NCBI GenBank assembly: GCA_002269645.1
Contig: NIVC01002225.1
Coordinates: 48,279 to 112,278 of the forward strand
DNA: 64,000 bases
DNA from: Macrostomum lignano
Lineage: Eukaryota
Direction of reading: 5' to 3'
The position numbers and the translations under genes are program-made. Below, one piece after another: positions 13,349-26,845 of the stretch (position 1 is its first letter; every line of letters starts with the position of its first letter). The notes below the pieces were generated by a model that saw only the letters and a list, made by a program, of their open reading frames with translations, was not told where the DNA came from and ran no database searches.

Positions 13349-13510
13349 CTGTCGTACTTTTCTACAATGCTTTTCTATCTGCTTCAATGATTTGAAAAGC
13401 ATTTCTTTCTCATTCCCTGCATGGCTCTCCCCACACACAGCGTTAGATATTTCAATACAGCTTTTATAGAAATTGGCTTTTCCTAAAGCTAGTAGCAGCT
13501 TCGCGCAGTC
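13349..13510 (-). CDS. Possible isolated coding exon of an unidentified gene
   Basis: Open frame DCAKLLLALGKANFYK...KHCRKVR between an acceptor-like tccgcag and a donor-like gtaaga; no homology recognised. Confidence 0.3.
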
Positions 13511-14709
13511 ATCTGCGGAGACAAAAGTGTGCTCAAACAACAGAGAAAACAACACAGGACTATACAAAATTGTTATTTCTCATCTATATCTATGCAGTAA
13601 GCGACAATCGCCATAGCAACTCATGTGTGCGCTCCGCCTGCAGGGAGCTGAGGTGGGTGCATGAATTTCGCCCGCGGTACTCGACTCGCATGTAGCTATT
13701 GCAGTTAATGCATTTATGCAGTTAATTGTTAAACCTCACCTGAGCACGAGGCGTGGCTTCCATTACTCGACTGAGAGAGCAATGTAAATTTTCTATCATA
13801 TGCAATCTCTCAGCTCAGTATGACGTAGCATGCAGCTCAGCGGGAGTCTGGCCCAGGCATATGTATAAGCTTCATCATTTTTAATAGGATTTTTATTGAG
13901 CTTGTCGTTTAAATGCGCCTGTGAAGAATTAGCCTGCTGCACACATTACACGGCACAATCACCCAGTTTACATTTAGCTGCGGATTGTAAAGGTAGGATT
14001 TCGATTGATTGTGAAGAGAATGATGCTCTTGAGCAATGATTTTTTTTACCTAATTTCGTCTATGTCGAAACCTCATTAGCTCTATGTAGCCCACGAATGC
14101 AAGGAGCGGGGAGCGGAGAATACAGACTAGATTCGCGGAGATTATGAGTACTCTCCGCTCCCTGTATTCGCGGGACACGTTTTGTCTATGGTAGAAGAAA
14201 GTGTTCAATAAATCTCACTCAGGTTCACGGCGTTAATTTTATTGTCTATGGCAGCGGAGGTTACTTAGTGAGAATCTCCGCTAGCAAAGCACTAGCGACA
14301 TAGACAAGGCGTACAGGCAAACTGGGATCCATATTTATTAACAACCGCTATCCAAGTCGGACGAAGTTTTTGCTCATGAAATGGACTGCTAATCTGTTAT
14401 AAATTCAAAGCAGCACCGAGCTCCGCGTGTTTTCCTCGAAATAAGGAACCTCCTTGTCAACGTACATTTCTAACAACGCTTTTGGGTGAATCTCGAAACT
14501 TTGATATCTATACGCCATCAATGGCTTCTACCGTTTGTCGAATTTATTTCTTTTTTCGACACCCGAATAGTTGTAGAAATTTCCTGAAATTACCGATATA
14601 GTTCCGCTTTAAAAACTTCATCAGGAAAACCTTTTTTCGATTCGAAAAGTTAGAAAGTTGATGATTCGGCCATGGACATATCAGCACGAAGAAGGATGAC
14701 ACCAGCAAC

Positions 14710-14756
<47 letters not shown>

Positions 14757-15132
14757 ACTCTCATAGAAATCATGTTTATAAATTATCGACTTCCATACAG
14801 TAAAGATCAGAATAATCCTATGATAATGAATCCTTTAGGCTCGTCCTATATGATAATTGAAACTCACTCAAGCATTCGTCCGTGACTGCAGACGTTTCTC
14901 TGACCACGTGTTTTAGACGCGGATAAGCAGACAAAAATTGATTTTAGCGTTACTGTTTAAAGTCGGGTCTTTACTATAAATAAAACTGCGTACATAGTTT
15001 ACCCATGCACTCAGCAGGTATTCTGAAGTTTATTTAGGTTTCTTGTCCCGGGGGCTAATTGTCGTGCAAATTAAAATTTGTTGAGTTAGAGTCAGTTTAT
15101 CACACATTTCGCACCCCAGAGCCACCTGCAGA

Positions 15133-15775
15133 AATGCCTGATTATCGTAAGTTGCCGACGCTTATGAAAAGTTGGCACAATGCCGCCATCGGCTCGCCGG
15201 AATCGAACCCGCGACCTCGGCGCAGCTTCAGCGCTCCTGGCAGATTTCCGCGTCAAGCGCTCGGAAGATCTCGCCTGTCGCCAGCGCCCATCACCTACGA
15301 CTATCAGGTGGTGATGAGCAGCCATCGGCCCACTCGATTCACAGAAACCCGGGCAGCGGCGATGCCAGACTCCACCCGGGCTGTTGAGTCCGCAACGAAG
15401 CCTCAAAAAAGTCTTCCGGCACTGCCTGTACGAGCGACAAAGAAGAGTCTGCGACTTCAACAGCAGCGGCAGCAGCGACAGCGGCAGCCAGAGGAACCGG
15501 CTGTTGAAATTCAGTACACGGAGCCTCGCCTGCTGGAGACTCGAGAAGCTGCCACACGGGGCGGCATGACGGAGATCCGACGGTACCGCTTCACTGACGA
15601 CTTCGTGCCTGTCCGGGTGTACATTGTGCCGCCGCCGGCGACAGAAGCGACGCCAGCCAACGAGCTGCAGGATGTCGGCGCTGATGGCAAGAAACGACGC
15701 AACAAGAATGGAGCGAATTCGGTCGCTGCGGCGGCCGCTGCCGCTAGCAAGATGAGGCGGCACCAAAGGCGATGA
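15133..15775 (+). CDS. Hypothetical low-complexity protein (~213 aa from ATG 15133), orphan
   Basis: GC-rich open frame in AT-rich surroundings, with poly-Q/R and poly-A tracts and basic KKRRNK and KMRRHQRR segments; no domain recognised. Confidence 0.55.
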
Positions 15776-16134
15776 CGTCATACGGAGCTGAATCACTATA
15801 GATTGCTGAACATTTTCCATCTGTCTCTTGATTTTTTGCGAACATCCAGACTAAAAATTATGTCACACTGCAGTTTTTAGAGCTTTTCACCTGCAATATT
15901 TTTATAACTCGATATTGTGTTCACCCTTTTAGCAAAAACTTCGAATTTTACCTGTGAATTTCAGCTGTCAGTTTTCTCTTGTTTAATAAAGTATCTCTTT
16001 GAGTGGGAAATTAATACGGGCCCAACAAGTGAAATATTGACAAATCGACATAGATTCATAGATTAAAATAAGTAAAACAAATACGAGCGTATGTATATAT
16101 AAGGGTTCTTGAATAGGATTATTAGGAGTAGGAG

Positions 16135-17620
16135 TATTTTGAGTAACATATAATCCGAGTAACAGTTAATAGAGTAACAGGTAACAGGTAATCTGAGTAA
16201 CAGGTAATTCGAGTAACAGGTAATCCGAGTAACAGTTAATAGAGTAACAGGTAACAGGTAATCTGAGTAACAGGTGATTCGAGTAACAGGTAATTCGAGT
16301 AACAGGTAATAGAGTAACAGGTAACAGGTAATCTGAGTAACAGGTGATTCGAGTAACAGGTAATTCGAGTAACAGGTAATCCGAGTAACAGTTAATAGAG
16401 TAACAGGTAACAGGTAATCTGAGTAACAGGTAATCCGAGTAACAGGTAATCCGAGTAACAGTTAATAGAGTAACAGGTAACAGGTAATCTGAGTAACAGG
16501 TAATTCGAGTAACAGGTAATCCGAGTAACAGTTAATAGAGTAACAGGTAACAGGTAATCTGAGTAACAGGTAATCCGAGTAACAGTTAATAGAGTAACAG
16601 GTAACAGGTAATCTGAGTAACAGGTAATCCGAGTAACAGGTAATCCGAGTAACAGTTAATAGAGTAACAGGTAACAGGTAATCTGAGTAACAGGTAATTC
16701 GAGTAACAGGTAATCCGAGTAACAGTTAATAGAGTAACAGGTAACAGGTAATCTGAGTAACAGGTAATTCGAGTAACAGGTAATCCGAGTAACAGTTAAT
16801 AGAGTAACAGGTAACAGGTAATCTGAGTAACAGGTAATTCGAGTAACAGGTAATCCGAGTAACAGTTAATAGAGTAACAGGTAACAGGTAATCTGAGTAA
16901 CAGGTGATTCGAGTAACAGGTAATCCGAGTAACAGGTAATCCGAGTAACAGGTAATCCGAGTAACAGGTAATCCGAGTAACAGGTAATCCGAGTAACAGG
17001 TAATCCGAGTAACAGTTAATAGAGTAACAGGTAACAGGTAATCTGAGTAACAGGTAATTCGAGTAACAGGTAATCCGAGTAACAGGTAATCCGAGTAACA
17101 GGTAATCCGAGTAGCAGTTAATAGAGTAACAGGTAACAGGTAATCTGAGTAACAGGTAATTCGAGTAACAGGTAATCCGAGTAACAGGTAATCCGAGTAA
17201 CAGGTAATCCGAGTAACAGTTAATAGAGTAACAGGTAACAGGTAATCTGAGTAACAGGTAATTCGAGTAACAGGTAATCCGAGTAATAGCTGATTTAGGT
17301 AACAGGAAATCCGAGTAACAGGTGATTCGAGTAACAGGTAATCTGAGTAATAGCTGATTTAAGTAACAGGAAATCCGAGTAACAGGTGATTCGAGTAACA
17401 GGTAATCTGAGTAATAGCTGATTTAAGTAACAGGAAATCCGAGTAACAGGTGATTCGAATAACAGGTAATCCGAGTAATAGTTGATTTAAGTAACAGGAA
17501 ATCCGAGTAACAGGTGATTCGAGTAACAGGTAATCTGAGTAATAGCTGATTTAAGGAACAGAAAATCCGAGCAAAAGGTGATTCGAGTAAAAGGTAATCC
17601 GATCGTGACAAGTAACAAGA
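16135..17620 (+). repeat. Minisatellite of 15-23-bp GAGTAACAGGTAAT-based units with a recurring ~70-bp higher-order unit
   Basis: Seen directly; units change to a GAGTAATAGCTGATTTAA variant after ~17280. Confidence 0.95.
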
Positions 17621-20600
17621 ATACAATAAGTTCGTACAAATAAGTTCAATACAGGGGTAAAGCAATAAAGTAAGCACGCAAATATAAAATTAGTCTCATA
17701 GCCACATACATGTAGATAAATAGAAACAACTCATTTTTAGTATAGTGAGTTAGCTTGGGGATTCGTTAGGAACGAAACAAATTAAGAAAGGAATACTTTT
17801 TCGTTAAATACACTTGTAGCTTTTGCCCAGTTGCAGTGACTATTTTTTTAAAGCATGCACCCTACAATTCAGATGTCTACCCTAAGATATCAGCAACTCT
17901 GAGCGTTGATATCAAAGCCTCCATTTGCCATGGGCAAATCTCCCTTTGATATTTGACCTAGATCAAAATCTCAAGTGACCCCTGTTGAGCCTTGGCATCT
18001 TCGCAATTCCCCCAAAAGTTGCACAGATGACTTTTATGTAGAAGTTTATGGATTAGCTAAATAATTGAATAATTCGCTCAATAAATATAGTGTTTTAAAA
18101 ATTTGACGCTTGTAAGTCAGTTGACATAAAAAGAAGTTACTTCGTCAATGGGCGTAAACTTCTGTGGAGTAGCTGGTCTAAAATAAAAAAATGTAAGCCG
18201 ATTTTACCATCATAGTTTTTACACTTACATCCAGAAAAGTGATATATAGACAGACAAACTTACAGTGTCCTTAGAACCCCCGGCATATTGACTGGCGCGA
18301 GACAAACCAAAGTTCATTGCTTGCAACTCGGTTGCTTCTCGCGACTCTCGTCGGGCAGTAGACTGCTTGCCGAGTATTTTAACGTAACCGATAGCGATTA
18401 GAGCTACAATAACGGCTATTGATGTTGCTATCAGCAGAGGACGCTCCCAAAATCTTGCCAACCTGGAGTCTGGAAATCGGTTTGTGCGATGAAGTTAGAA
18501 GTGTTAATATGAGGAAATATTTGTAAATACTCGTTGCTCTCATCGAAAATACTCACCATCATTAAGCTTGCGCAGCTCGAGAAGAGCAAAGCCGCCATTA
18601 AGCAGACGGCACCTGATGACGGAGCCTGCAGTGAGCCCCGAGTGAGCGATCGCTGAGAACTGCGACGTCACTGTGCTGAGGCAGTGCAAACCGCTGGGAC
18701 TTGTCGAATCCTGAATATTTTTTTCATCGCATGCATGAATATGTGACTTACGAGTAATTAAATGACTTAATAGCAACATTGCAACACAAGAAATGTACAA
18801 ACCCGCTTTAATAAGGACGCAATTAATGTATCATTGTTGATAGTCTTCAGCTCGCACAGGTGTGTCACACTGGGACAGACGGACTTAGAAACTGTACGGA
18901 ACTGAATCACTCCAGTGAGGTGCCACAGCTCAGGACGAGTCAGATCGATCTTTATGTGCTCTGGGTAAGCTAAAGTGTATATGACACCAAAAGTTAGATA
19001 TACATGTATTTTTAGGAACGACGAAGAAGTGTTTATCTTTTCAAGGTAGAATACCTTCAGAAGGTACGTAAGACGACTGCATCCTCTGGATTCCAGTTCC
19101 TGAAAACTCGCTCGTGACTTCGCTGATGCAAACAGATTCAATAACGCGAGCTGGTGATTCGAATCGAAACTCAGTTGCCAACGGAAACATCGAAATACTT
19201 GTCTAAAATCAATCACTCAATATTTTGTCTTGCAAATCCCAAACAAGATAAGCAATACAAGCTAGGTTAAAAAACGTTCAGTACCTCAGCAACGGTGTAA
19301 TTTTCCCGGCACTCGTGACTAAGTCGGCACTGCACAGAAATTCTGCTCAGCACAGAGTCGCTCGGTCTCGGCTCCAGCGACACTCCGAATGAGATCGGAG
19401 CGGCCCTTCCTGTCCACTGGCTGAAGTTCCATCGGACCCGGTGGGACTCTGAAACAGAGCGGAAGCTGCGGTAGGTCAGTTGGATTGATATGCAAAACAA
19501 AGCAATGGGTGCAGACTGACCAATGCTGATCAGCGGCAGCTCGCGCACAGTCATGCCGCCGAACATTTGTCGGCACTGTATCGATGAGTTCCGGTCAGTT
19601 ATGAGTTGGGCAGGTACCGAATGCTCAGTTCTCAAATCGATTCGGCATGAAGAGCTTTGACGTTTTGAGTTGATCTAAAAGTGGCGAGTAGGTTGAAGAG
19701 AGTGTTGAGCATTGCGTCTATGCTACTGTGTGCAGTTCCACTTACTAGACTGACGTGTGCGCTAACAGCTGAGCCGATGGAGGACCTCAGCCAGCACAGA
19801 TGCACCGCATTGGGACAAGCGCCGAGAGACTCCGTTTGAAACTGAACTGCTCCCGTCTGAGACCATAGCTCAGGGTTTTGCAACTCGATTTTGATGAACT
19901 TCGGATCAGCTAAAATTGAATGTCATAATCAATGAAAGTGCAGTAAAGATAAAGCCATGGTAACAACAAAGTCAAATATTTGCTTGCACCTGGCGGTAAA
20001 TCAACGAATCGAATCAAGTCAAGCATTCCGACTGCTGAGAACGTGCACGAGACGTTTCTGCTGCACCTGTGCTGCGGCATCATTGAGCCGGAAAATGTGA
20101 AGCTCTTGACCACTAATGCTGTTGAAGTTCTGGTTTTCTGTTATTTTTTTAAGGAAGCATGATTGGTGCTTATCAGATCGCAGCGCAGTGTCCATTTACA
20201 TTTAATGATGCAAAAATGTCTGCTTAAATAACACGAGTGAACAAAGAATCAGTGCACTCAGCTTACCAAAGTCATTGGGATTTCAACGCTTGGACTTCCG
20301 CACTCGTGATGCAGCCTGCACACTGCAGACACTCCTGAGACACGGGTCGCTGTTGTCAAAGATACGTTTATTGAAGCGCCCAACGTATCGGACCAGTCCG
20401 AGATGTTCCACTGAATATCCTGTGCAACTGGGGTGTTCAGAGTTTGGACTACTTGTAACTAAAAAAGGAGCTCTGGCGATCAGCAATTGGAAATGGCGAC
20501 ACTAAAGAAATTGCGCAAAAAACTCCATTGCCATTAACAGCCCTGTGCTCTGAATTGGTCTTAATTGCACTGTTATTCTGAATTCTGGCAAGATAGCTCT

Positions 20601-23600
20601 CAAGAACTCAAGAATATAAAAAAATAAACATTCTCACCCAGCTTCATCATAGGAACTGGTAATTCAACTGTGCCGATTTGCAAATAACAGACAATTCTAG
20701 AGCTGGCAAACAACCAGGGATCAATAAAAACTGAGAAGTCCGTCTTTACTGCGGTGGCACATTGAGGCGGGGCGGTTCCAGAGATATCCTAAAAAAATTA
20801 CAATGAGCATGACACTTTCGCTTCAGAAAACGCGCACAAGCAACACGAAACGAAAGGTACCAATTTGCTCGCATGAACCGATGTTGAGCTGCCATTGGAC
20901 AATCTCAGCTCGCAGTGATGTCGTACAGAGCGACAAGTGAGTTCCGACACAGCTCGGAACTGAAGTACACCAGTCCGAGGGCACAGCTCAGTGTGAATGA
21001 GATCGATTTTTATGCTCTCTGGGTTGACTGAAATCCAAGTAAATTTGTATGCAGGAGGTTATAGTTCTTCGCTCGAAAAGTGCATTTTTAGTAGCACAAC
21101 TAGCAATCTAATGCCCCCTTCGGGGCGCCCAATAAGCAAGGAGCAAAAATTATAGATGCAAATCCATTAAACAGCACATTTTCTTAAGAACCAATTCCTT
21201 CTTCAGTTTTATAAATCACCTAATTCGGGTAAAACTGTGATAGAATTACCTTCAGGAAGCACATGGGACCTGGTCATATTCCTGAGTCCGGTTCCAGAGA
21301 AGTCGCATTTGATGTTCTTGATACAAGCATAGCGATCCGCATAAGCAGCTTGATGAAATTGAAAGCTGTTCGATAATGATTGCATCGTCTGGGAATCCGC
21401 CCAGAGTTTTTAGAGTGAATTAGATAATTTTATACGCAAAAGATGTGGTGAGTATTTATAACGACGGATACAACAGCTATAATCAGATATTTAATATTAC
21501 CTCAGCAACGCTGTACTTTTCTTGGCACTCGTGAATCAGTCGGCACTGCACAGAAATTCTGCTCAGCACAGAGTCGCTCGGTCTCGGCTCCAGCGACACT
21601 CCGAATGAGATCGGAGCGGCCCTGCCTGTCCACTGGCTGAAGTTCCATCGGACCCGGTGGGACTCTGAAACAGAGCGGAAGCTGCGGTAAGTTAGAGTTG
21701 TGAGGTGCCGACCACAGAGCAGTGACTGCTCACTGACAAATGCTGATCAACGGCAGCTCGCGCACAGCCAGCGTTTCATTTGCGAGTCGGCATTCAATGC
21801 GGGGTGAGTCGGTTCCGATGAGTGATTGAACTTTGGCAGTGTATTCGGTAGTTACTGTGACTTTGCAATGTTGATATTCCTGCTTTAATAGGGTCTGAAA
21901 ATTTTAGGATGACTTTTTAAAGAACTTTGAATCTCTGATAGTACTGAGTAGTCTTTGAGAGCATTTTCAAAACAGAAAAAGTTTACCCTTTTGACTTTTT
22001 GAACAGCAGCTGACCCAACCAGTGTGTTCAATGCGCACTGATGCTCAGTGCTAGGACACGCTAGGCTTGAGACAGCTTTAAACTTTATTAGTCCTGAGGT
22101 AGACCACGACTCTGATTGAGTTAGCTCGATAGCTATATGTTCTGGGTTGTCTGCAAAGCAATGATATACCCTTTTGATTAGCTTAGACCGATTGTAATTC
22201 GCATATTGACATATTCAACGTGCCTTTGATTGAAACTCATAATTCTCTCGTATCCCGAAAATAAACTTAATGACACTTGCCCAAACTCACAGACCCCACA
22301 CTGACAACCAACCATCGCAACCCCATAACGCTAAACGAATACGGCGGAAACAATGCAGCTAAGTTGCACAACTTTGTGAATGTTTAAAAGCTCATGCTGC
22401 ATCAAAAGATCAAACGGCTTTTACTACAGGCACTACAGAGCAATACAAACAATGCACTTTCGCAAGTTTTGCTAACAAATACCTTGCGGTATTGAAGCTG
22501 ATAGTATCATGTCAGTCATTTGTCGAGCCGAAAACATACACGAGATGTTTTTGGCGCACAAGTGACCTCTCGGTACTCCATAGAACTTTTGCGCATTGAC
22601 CAACGGAGTGGTCGTATTTACGCCTTTTCCGCTCTGAAAACATCGAGATGTCGTGAATTATCAAATACTGTTTATTCAGTATTTCACACAGGTTAAGCGA
22701 TTAGTTTGTAAGGCTTATCAAAATAAAGTCATGGGAAATTTGCAAACATGCAACTGTCGAATTTCAAAGCTAGCTACTATTGACAGAATAGGACTAGCTG
22801 TCTGCTTGTCTCAGGTGTTCATATATACGTTCTCTGTTTCATATATTGATGGAAAGCTGTGAAAATTATAGAAATTTTGTTACAGACTTTTTGTTTTAAA
22901 TATATTCTGTTGGATAGTAAGTAGTAAATAGTAAATAGTAAATCTGCATAGTGAAATAATTCAAATTACAATTAAAGAGGCACAATTCAAATTATATGTT
23001 TGGACTGAGGCGAATACACCTGATTTTTCAAGAAATCCTCGATCCAGATCCACGAAAATTTCCAGCTAAAATATGTAACCTAATAAATTCAACAGCCAAA
23101 AGCTGCGCTAGCAACTTACAGATATCAGATAAAACTCTGAAGCTTCGGCATCGCAATCGTGATTCAGCCGACACCTTGCCGATAGAATCGTCGCTTTAGA
23201 CGTCAGTGAAACACTAAATGAAGCACTCGAGGTCCACTCTGAGAAATTCCAGCTTACGTTCTGAGCCTCTGAAAATCGATAAGCAAAATTGACTTAATTC
23301 CTCACACTCAAACTTTTGCAACTATTTTTAACATTAGTTTTTTGTAACTTATATTCGAAAAATTCAGAAAACTTCAGATCAGTTTCTTACATCAGCATTC
23401 GTATAATTTTTTAATCTTGTCTACATTGAAATTCATCAACAATTAATCCTACCAAACTGTATCCGAGGTAATATTTTGCTGCTATTTGAGCCAAATGCCA
23501 AATAACAATAGATAACAGAGCCATAAATTTCTTCGGGCTTAGCCACTACTGAGAAATATGTGATCACCGAGCTGAAGCACTGGGGTGAAACAGGTGCCGT

Positions 23601-23626
23601 CACTTCCTGTAAATGCATATAAGTGC

Positions 23627-24790
23627 GGGGGCCCATCACAAGCTCGAAAAATCACATCGTCGAAAAGCATCCATCATCACAAGCTCGAAAAGTCATAAGC
23701 TCGAAAAATCATATCGTCGAAAAATTTAGCAACCACCATCACAAGCTCGAAAAGTCATAAGCTTGAAAAATCATATCGTCGAAAACTGATTTAGCAACCA
23801 CCATCACAAGCTCGAAAAGTCATAAGCTCGAAAAATCACATCGTCGAAAACTGATTTAGCAACCACCATCACAAGCTCGAAAAGTCATAAGCTCGAAAAG
23901 TCACATCGTCGAAAAGGTTAGCAACGACCATCACAATCTCGAATAGGGTTAGGGTTAGAGCTTGTGCCTTAGGGTTAGGGTTTAGGGTTAAGTTTAGGGT
24001 TGGGGTTAGAACTTGTGCCTTAGGGTTAGGGTTTAGGGTTAGGGTCGGGGTTAGAACTTGTGCCTTTAAGTTAGGGTTTAGAGTTAGGTTAGGGTTGGGG
24101 TTAGGGTTAGTGCCTTAGGGTTATGGTTCAGGGTTAGACTAGGGTACTGGTGCCTTAGGGTTAGGGTTAGTGCCTTGGGGCTAGGGTTAGAGTTTGTGCC
24201 TTTTCGAGCTTGTGATGATGTTTGCTAAACTTTTCGACGATGTGATTTTTCGAGCTTGTGATGGTGGTTGCTAAACTTTTCGACGATGTGATTTTTCGAG
24301 CTTATGACTTTTCGAGCTTGTGATGGTGGCTGCTAAATCAGTTTTCGACGATATGATTTTTCGAGCTTGTGATTTTTCGAGCTGGTGATTTTTCGAGCTT
24401 GTGATGGTGGTTGCTAAATCAGTTTTCGACGATATGATTTTTCAAGCTTATGACTTTTCGAGATTGTGATGGTGGTTGCTAAATCAGTTTTCGACGATAT
24501 GATTTTTCGAGCTTGTGACTTTTCGAGCTTGTGATGGAGCCTTGTTTTCGACGATGTGATTTTTCGAGCTTGTGATGGTGGTTGCTAAACTTTTCGACGA
24601 TGTGATTTTTCGAGCTTGTGACTTTTCGAGCTTGTGATGGAGCCTTGTTTTCGACGATGTGATTTTTCGAGCTTGTGATGGTGGTTGCTAAACTTTTCGA
24701 CGATGTGATTTTTCGAGCTTGTGACTTTTCGAGCTTGTGATGGAGCCTTGTTTTCGACGATGTGATTTTTCGAGCTTATGATGGCGACCC
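23627..24790. mobile_element. Non-autonomous foldback DNA element with modular TIR arrays and an internal TTAGGG tract
   Basis: 8-bp TSD ATAAGTGC (23619-23626 and 24791-24798). Termini GGGGGCCCATCACAAGCTCGAAAAATCACATCGTCGAAAA and its near-inverse. Arms are built of ACAAGCTCGAAAA/ATCGTCGAAAA units; degenerate (TTAGGG)n at ~23945-24195. Confidence 0.85.
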
Positions 24791-25789
24791 ATAAGTGCAG
24801 ATAGAAATTTAGGAAGGTTACAACTTTTTCAATTTACATATTTATACACGCATGAAGATATATGGATGCATCATTGGCTAACCCGTTGGAGTTGTTGAGC
24901 AGTGACTATAATACTCGTATTCTGCGATGACGCCATCTTACACCTGTGCCTTAGATTGGGACAGGCGTTTTCAGAGACGACACGAAACTGGATAATTCCA
25001 GTCAGTGGCCACCGTTCAGAGCCGATAAGTTCAATGGTTGCTGACTCTGGATCGGCTGAAAACATAAAACGATTTTTCGCATAAAGTAGACGGTCAAAGA
25101 CTTTAGACTAGGAGCTAGTGGGAGTGAAGCATTTCAAGTAACCTTACCCTATATCTAATACAGCTAAAAAATTCCTCACCGTACAACAAATCCAAATTTC
25201 TTTGGATATGAAAAGGGTCATCAGATGTCCAATGGGCTGTGCATGTCGCGGAACGTATGCAATACGCGATGCCTGCTGTTTCAGTGTCAATGTAGTACTG
25301 GCCTAAGGTGGCTGTGCTTTTAGCCTACTCAATTTCAATGAAAATAAGTACAGTTTTTGCTTTGTACTAATTTTCGATAATAAATAATAAAAAACTCAAG
25401 CAGTTGAAGGTATGCAGTTACCTTCAAGTTGTCTGCACGACTTTCGCAAGCTGATTGAAACTCACAAATGACTGTGGTGTTATCATCTGTACGTCGAACA
25501 GACAGACTAATTTTAGCTTCTGGCAAGATCCTTCCGACCCAGTTATTAACAACTGCAGCAATACTGCGATCTGATTAATTTAAACAAGATAAAATGCTCA
25601 GTGTGAAGTTAGTTTTTTCATGGGGACATAAAGCTAAATATGCATGCTTAATTGCAAAAACTTCGTGAATCACTTACATGCTTTAGTATAGTAAAACTTG
25701 AATTGAAAACCAGTGTTTCCCGTGCTACTACTTGAAGTGGCGAATGAAATGCTGATCCCGGTTGAAAAAAATACTGGATTAGCCCATTG

Positions 25790-26525
25790 AAATTGGCCCG
25801 CTCATCGGCCACTTCGTGTCAGAAAAGCCCGCTCTAAAAGCCCGCTCATTTTTCCAAATCAACGAGTCTCTCAAATCGGCCCGTTCCACGGCCCGCTTCT
25901 GGGCCCGCTGGCTGGCCCGCTCACTGGCCCGTTCTAAACCGGCCCGCTGGCTGGCCCGTTGTTTGGCCCGCTGGCTGGCCCGTTGGTTGGCCCGCTCACT
26001 GGCCCACTCATTGACCCGTTCTAAACCGGCCTGCTGGCTGGCCCGCTGATTGGCCCCCTCATTGGCCCGTTCTAAACCGGCCCGCTGGTTGGCCCGTTGG
26101 TTGGCCCGCTGATTGGCCCGTTCTTAACCGGCCCGCTGGTTGGCCCGTTGGTTGGCCCGCTCATTGGCCCACTCATTGACCCGTTGTAAACCGGCCTGCT
26201 GGCTGGCCCGCTCATTGGCCCGTTCTAAACCAGCCCGCTGGCTGGCCCGTTGGTTGGCCCGCTGGTTGGCCCGTTCTAAACCGGCCCGCTGGTTGGCCCG
26301 TTGGTTGGCCCGCTGGTTGGCCCGCTCACTGGCCCACTCATTGACCCGTTGTAAACCGGCCTGCTGGCTGGCCCGCTCATTGGCCCGTTCTAAACCAGCC
26401 CGCTCATTGGCCCGTTCTAAACCGGCCCGCTCATTGGCCCGTTCTAAACCGGCCCGCTGGCTGTCCTGTTGGTTGGCCCGCTGGTTGGCCCGTTCTAAAC
26501 CGGCCCTCTGGTTGGCCCACTGAAC
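25790..26525 (+). repeat. Left subterminal array (GGCCCGCTGGTT and GGCCCGTTCTAAACC units)
   Basis: Seen directly; inverted relative to the right array. Confidence 0.92.
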
Positions 26526-26845
26526 GAACAAAAAAAATAAGTAAAGAAGCAAAATAAGCATGAGATTTCTAAGTCAGACCGATGAGCCGTACAATTAGCT
26601 TTTTTATAAAAACCGGGAATATACATCATCGGATCTGGTAAAAACAAAGAGATGTTAAGGTTAAAATTGAATACTAGTATTTTTTCATGGTGGCACGAAT
26701 AGCTAAAAGAGCTAATATAGCTAATAGAGCTAAAAGAGCTAATATATATAAAAGAGCAACCCTAGCCTCAGAGTCTATTCTCAACCCAAAGTAATGTTTG
26801 CCAGCATAGTGAAAAATTGTCACCACAATCGAGGCCTAGTCTCTA

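Noticed and set aside
14058-14305. Possible MITE with GTCTATGTCG / CGACATAGAC ends
   Set aside because: Only a 10-bp inverted match and no TSD found.
23945-24195. Chromosome end or telomere fusion
   Set aside because: The degenerate repeats lie within a TSD-flanked foldback element.
25816-26561. ARWLARS / ERANQRA repeat ORFs
   Set aside because: Translations of the transposon's subterminal array.
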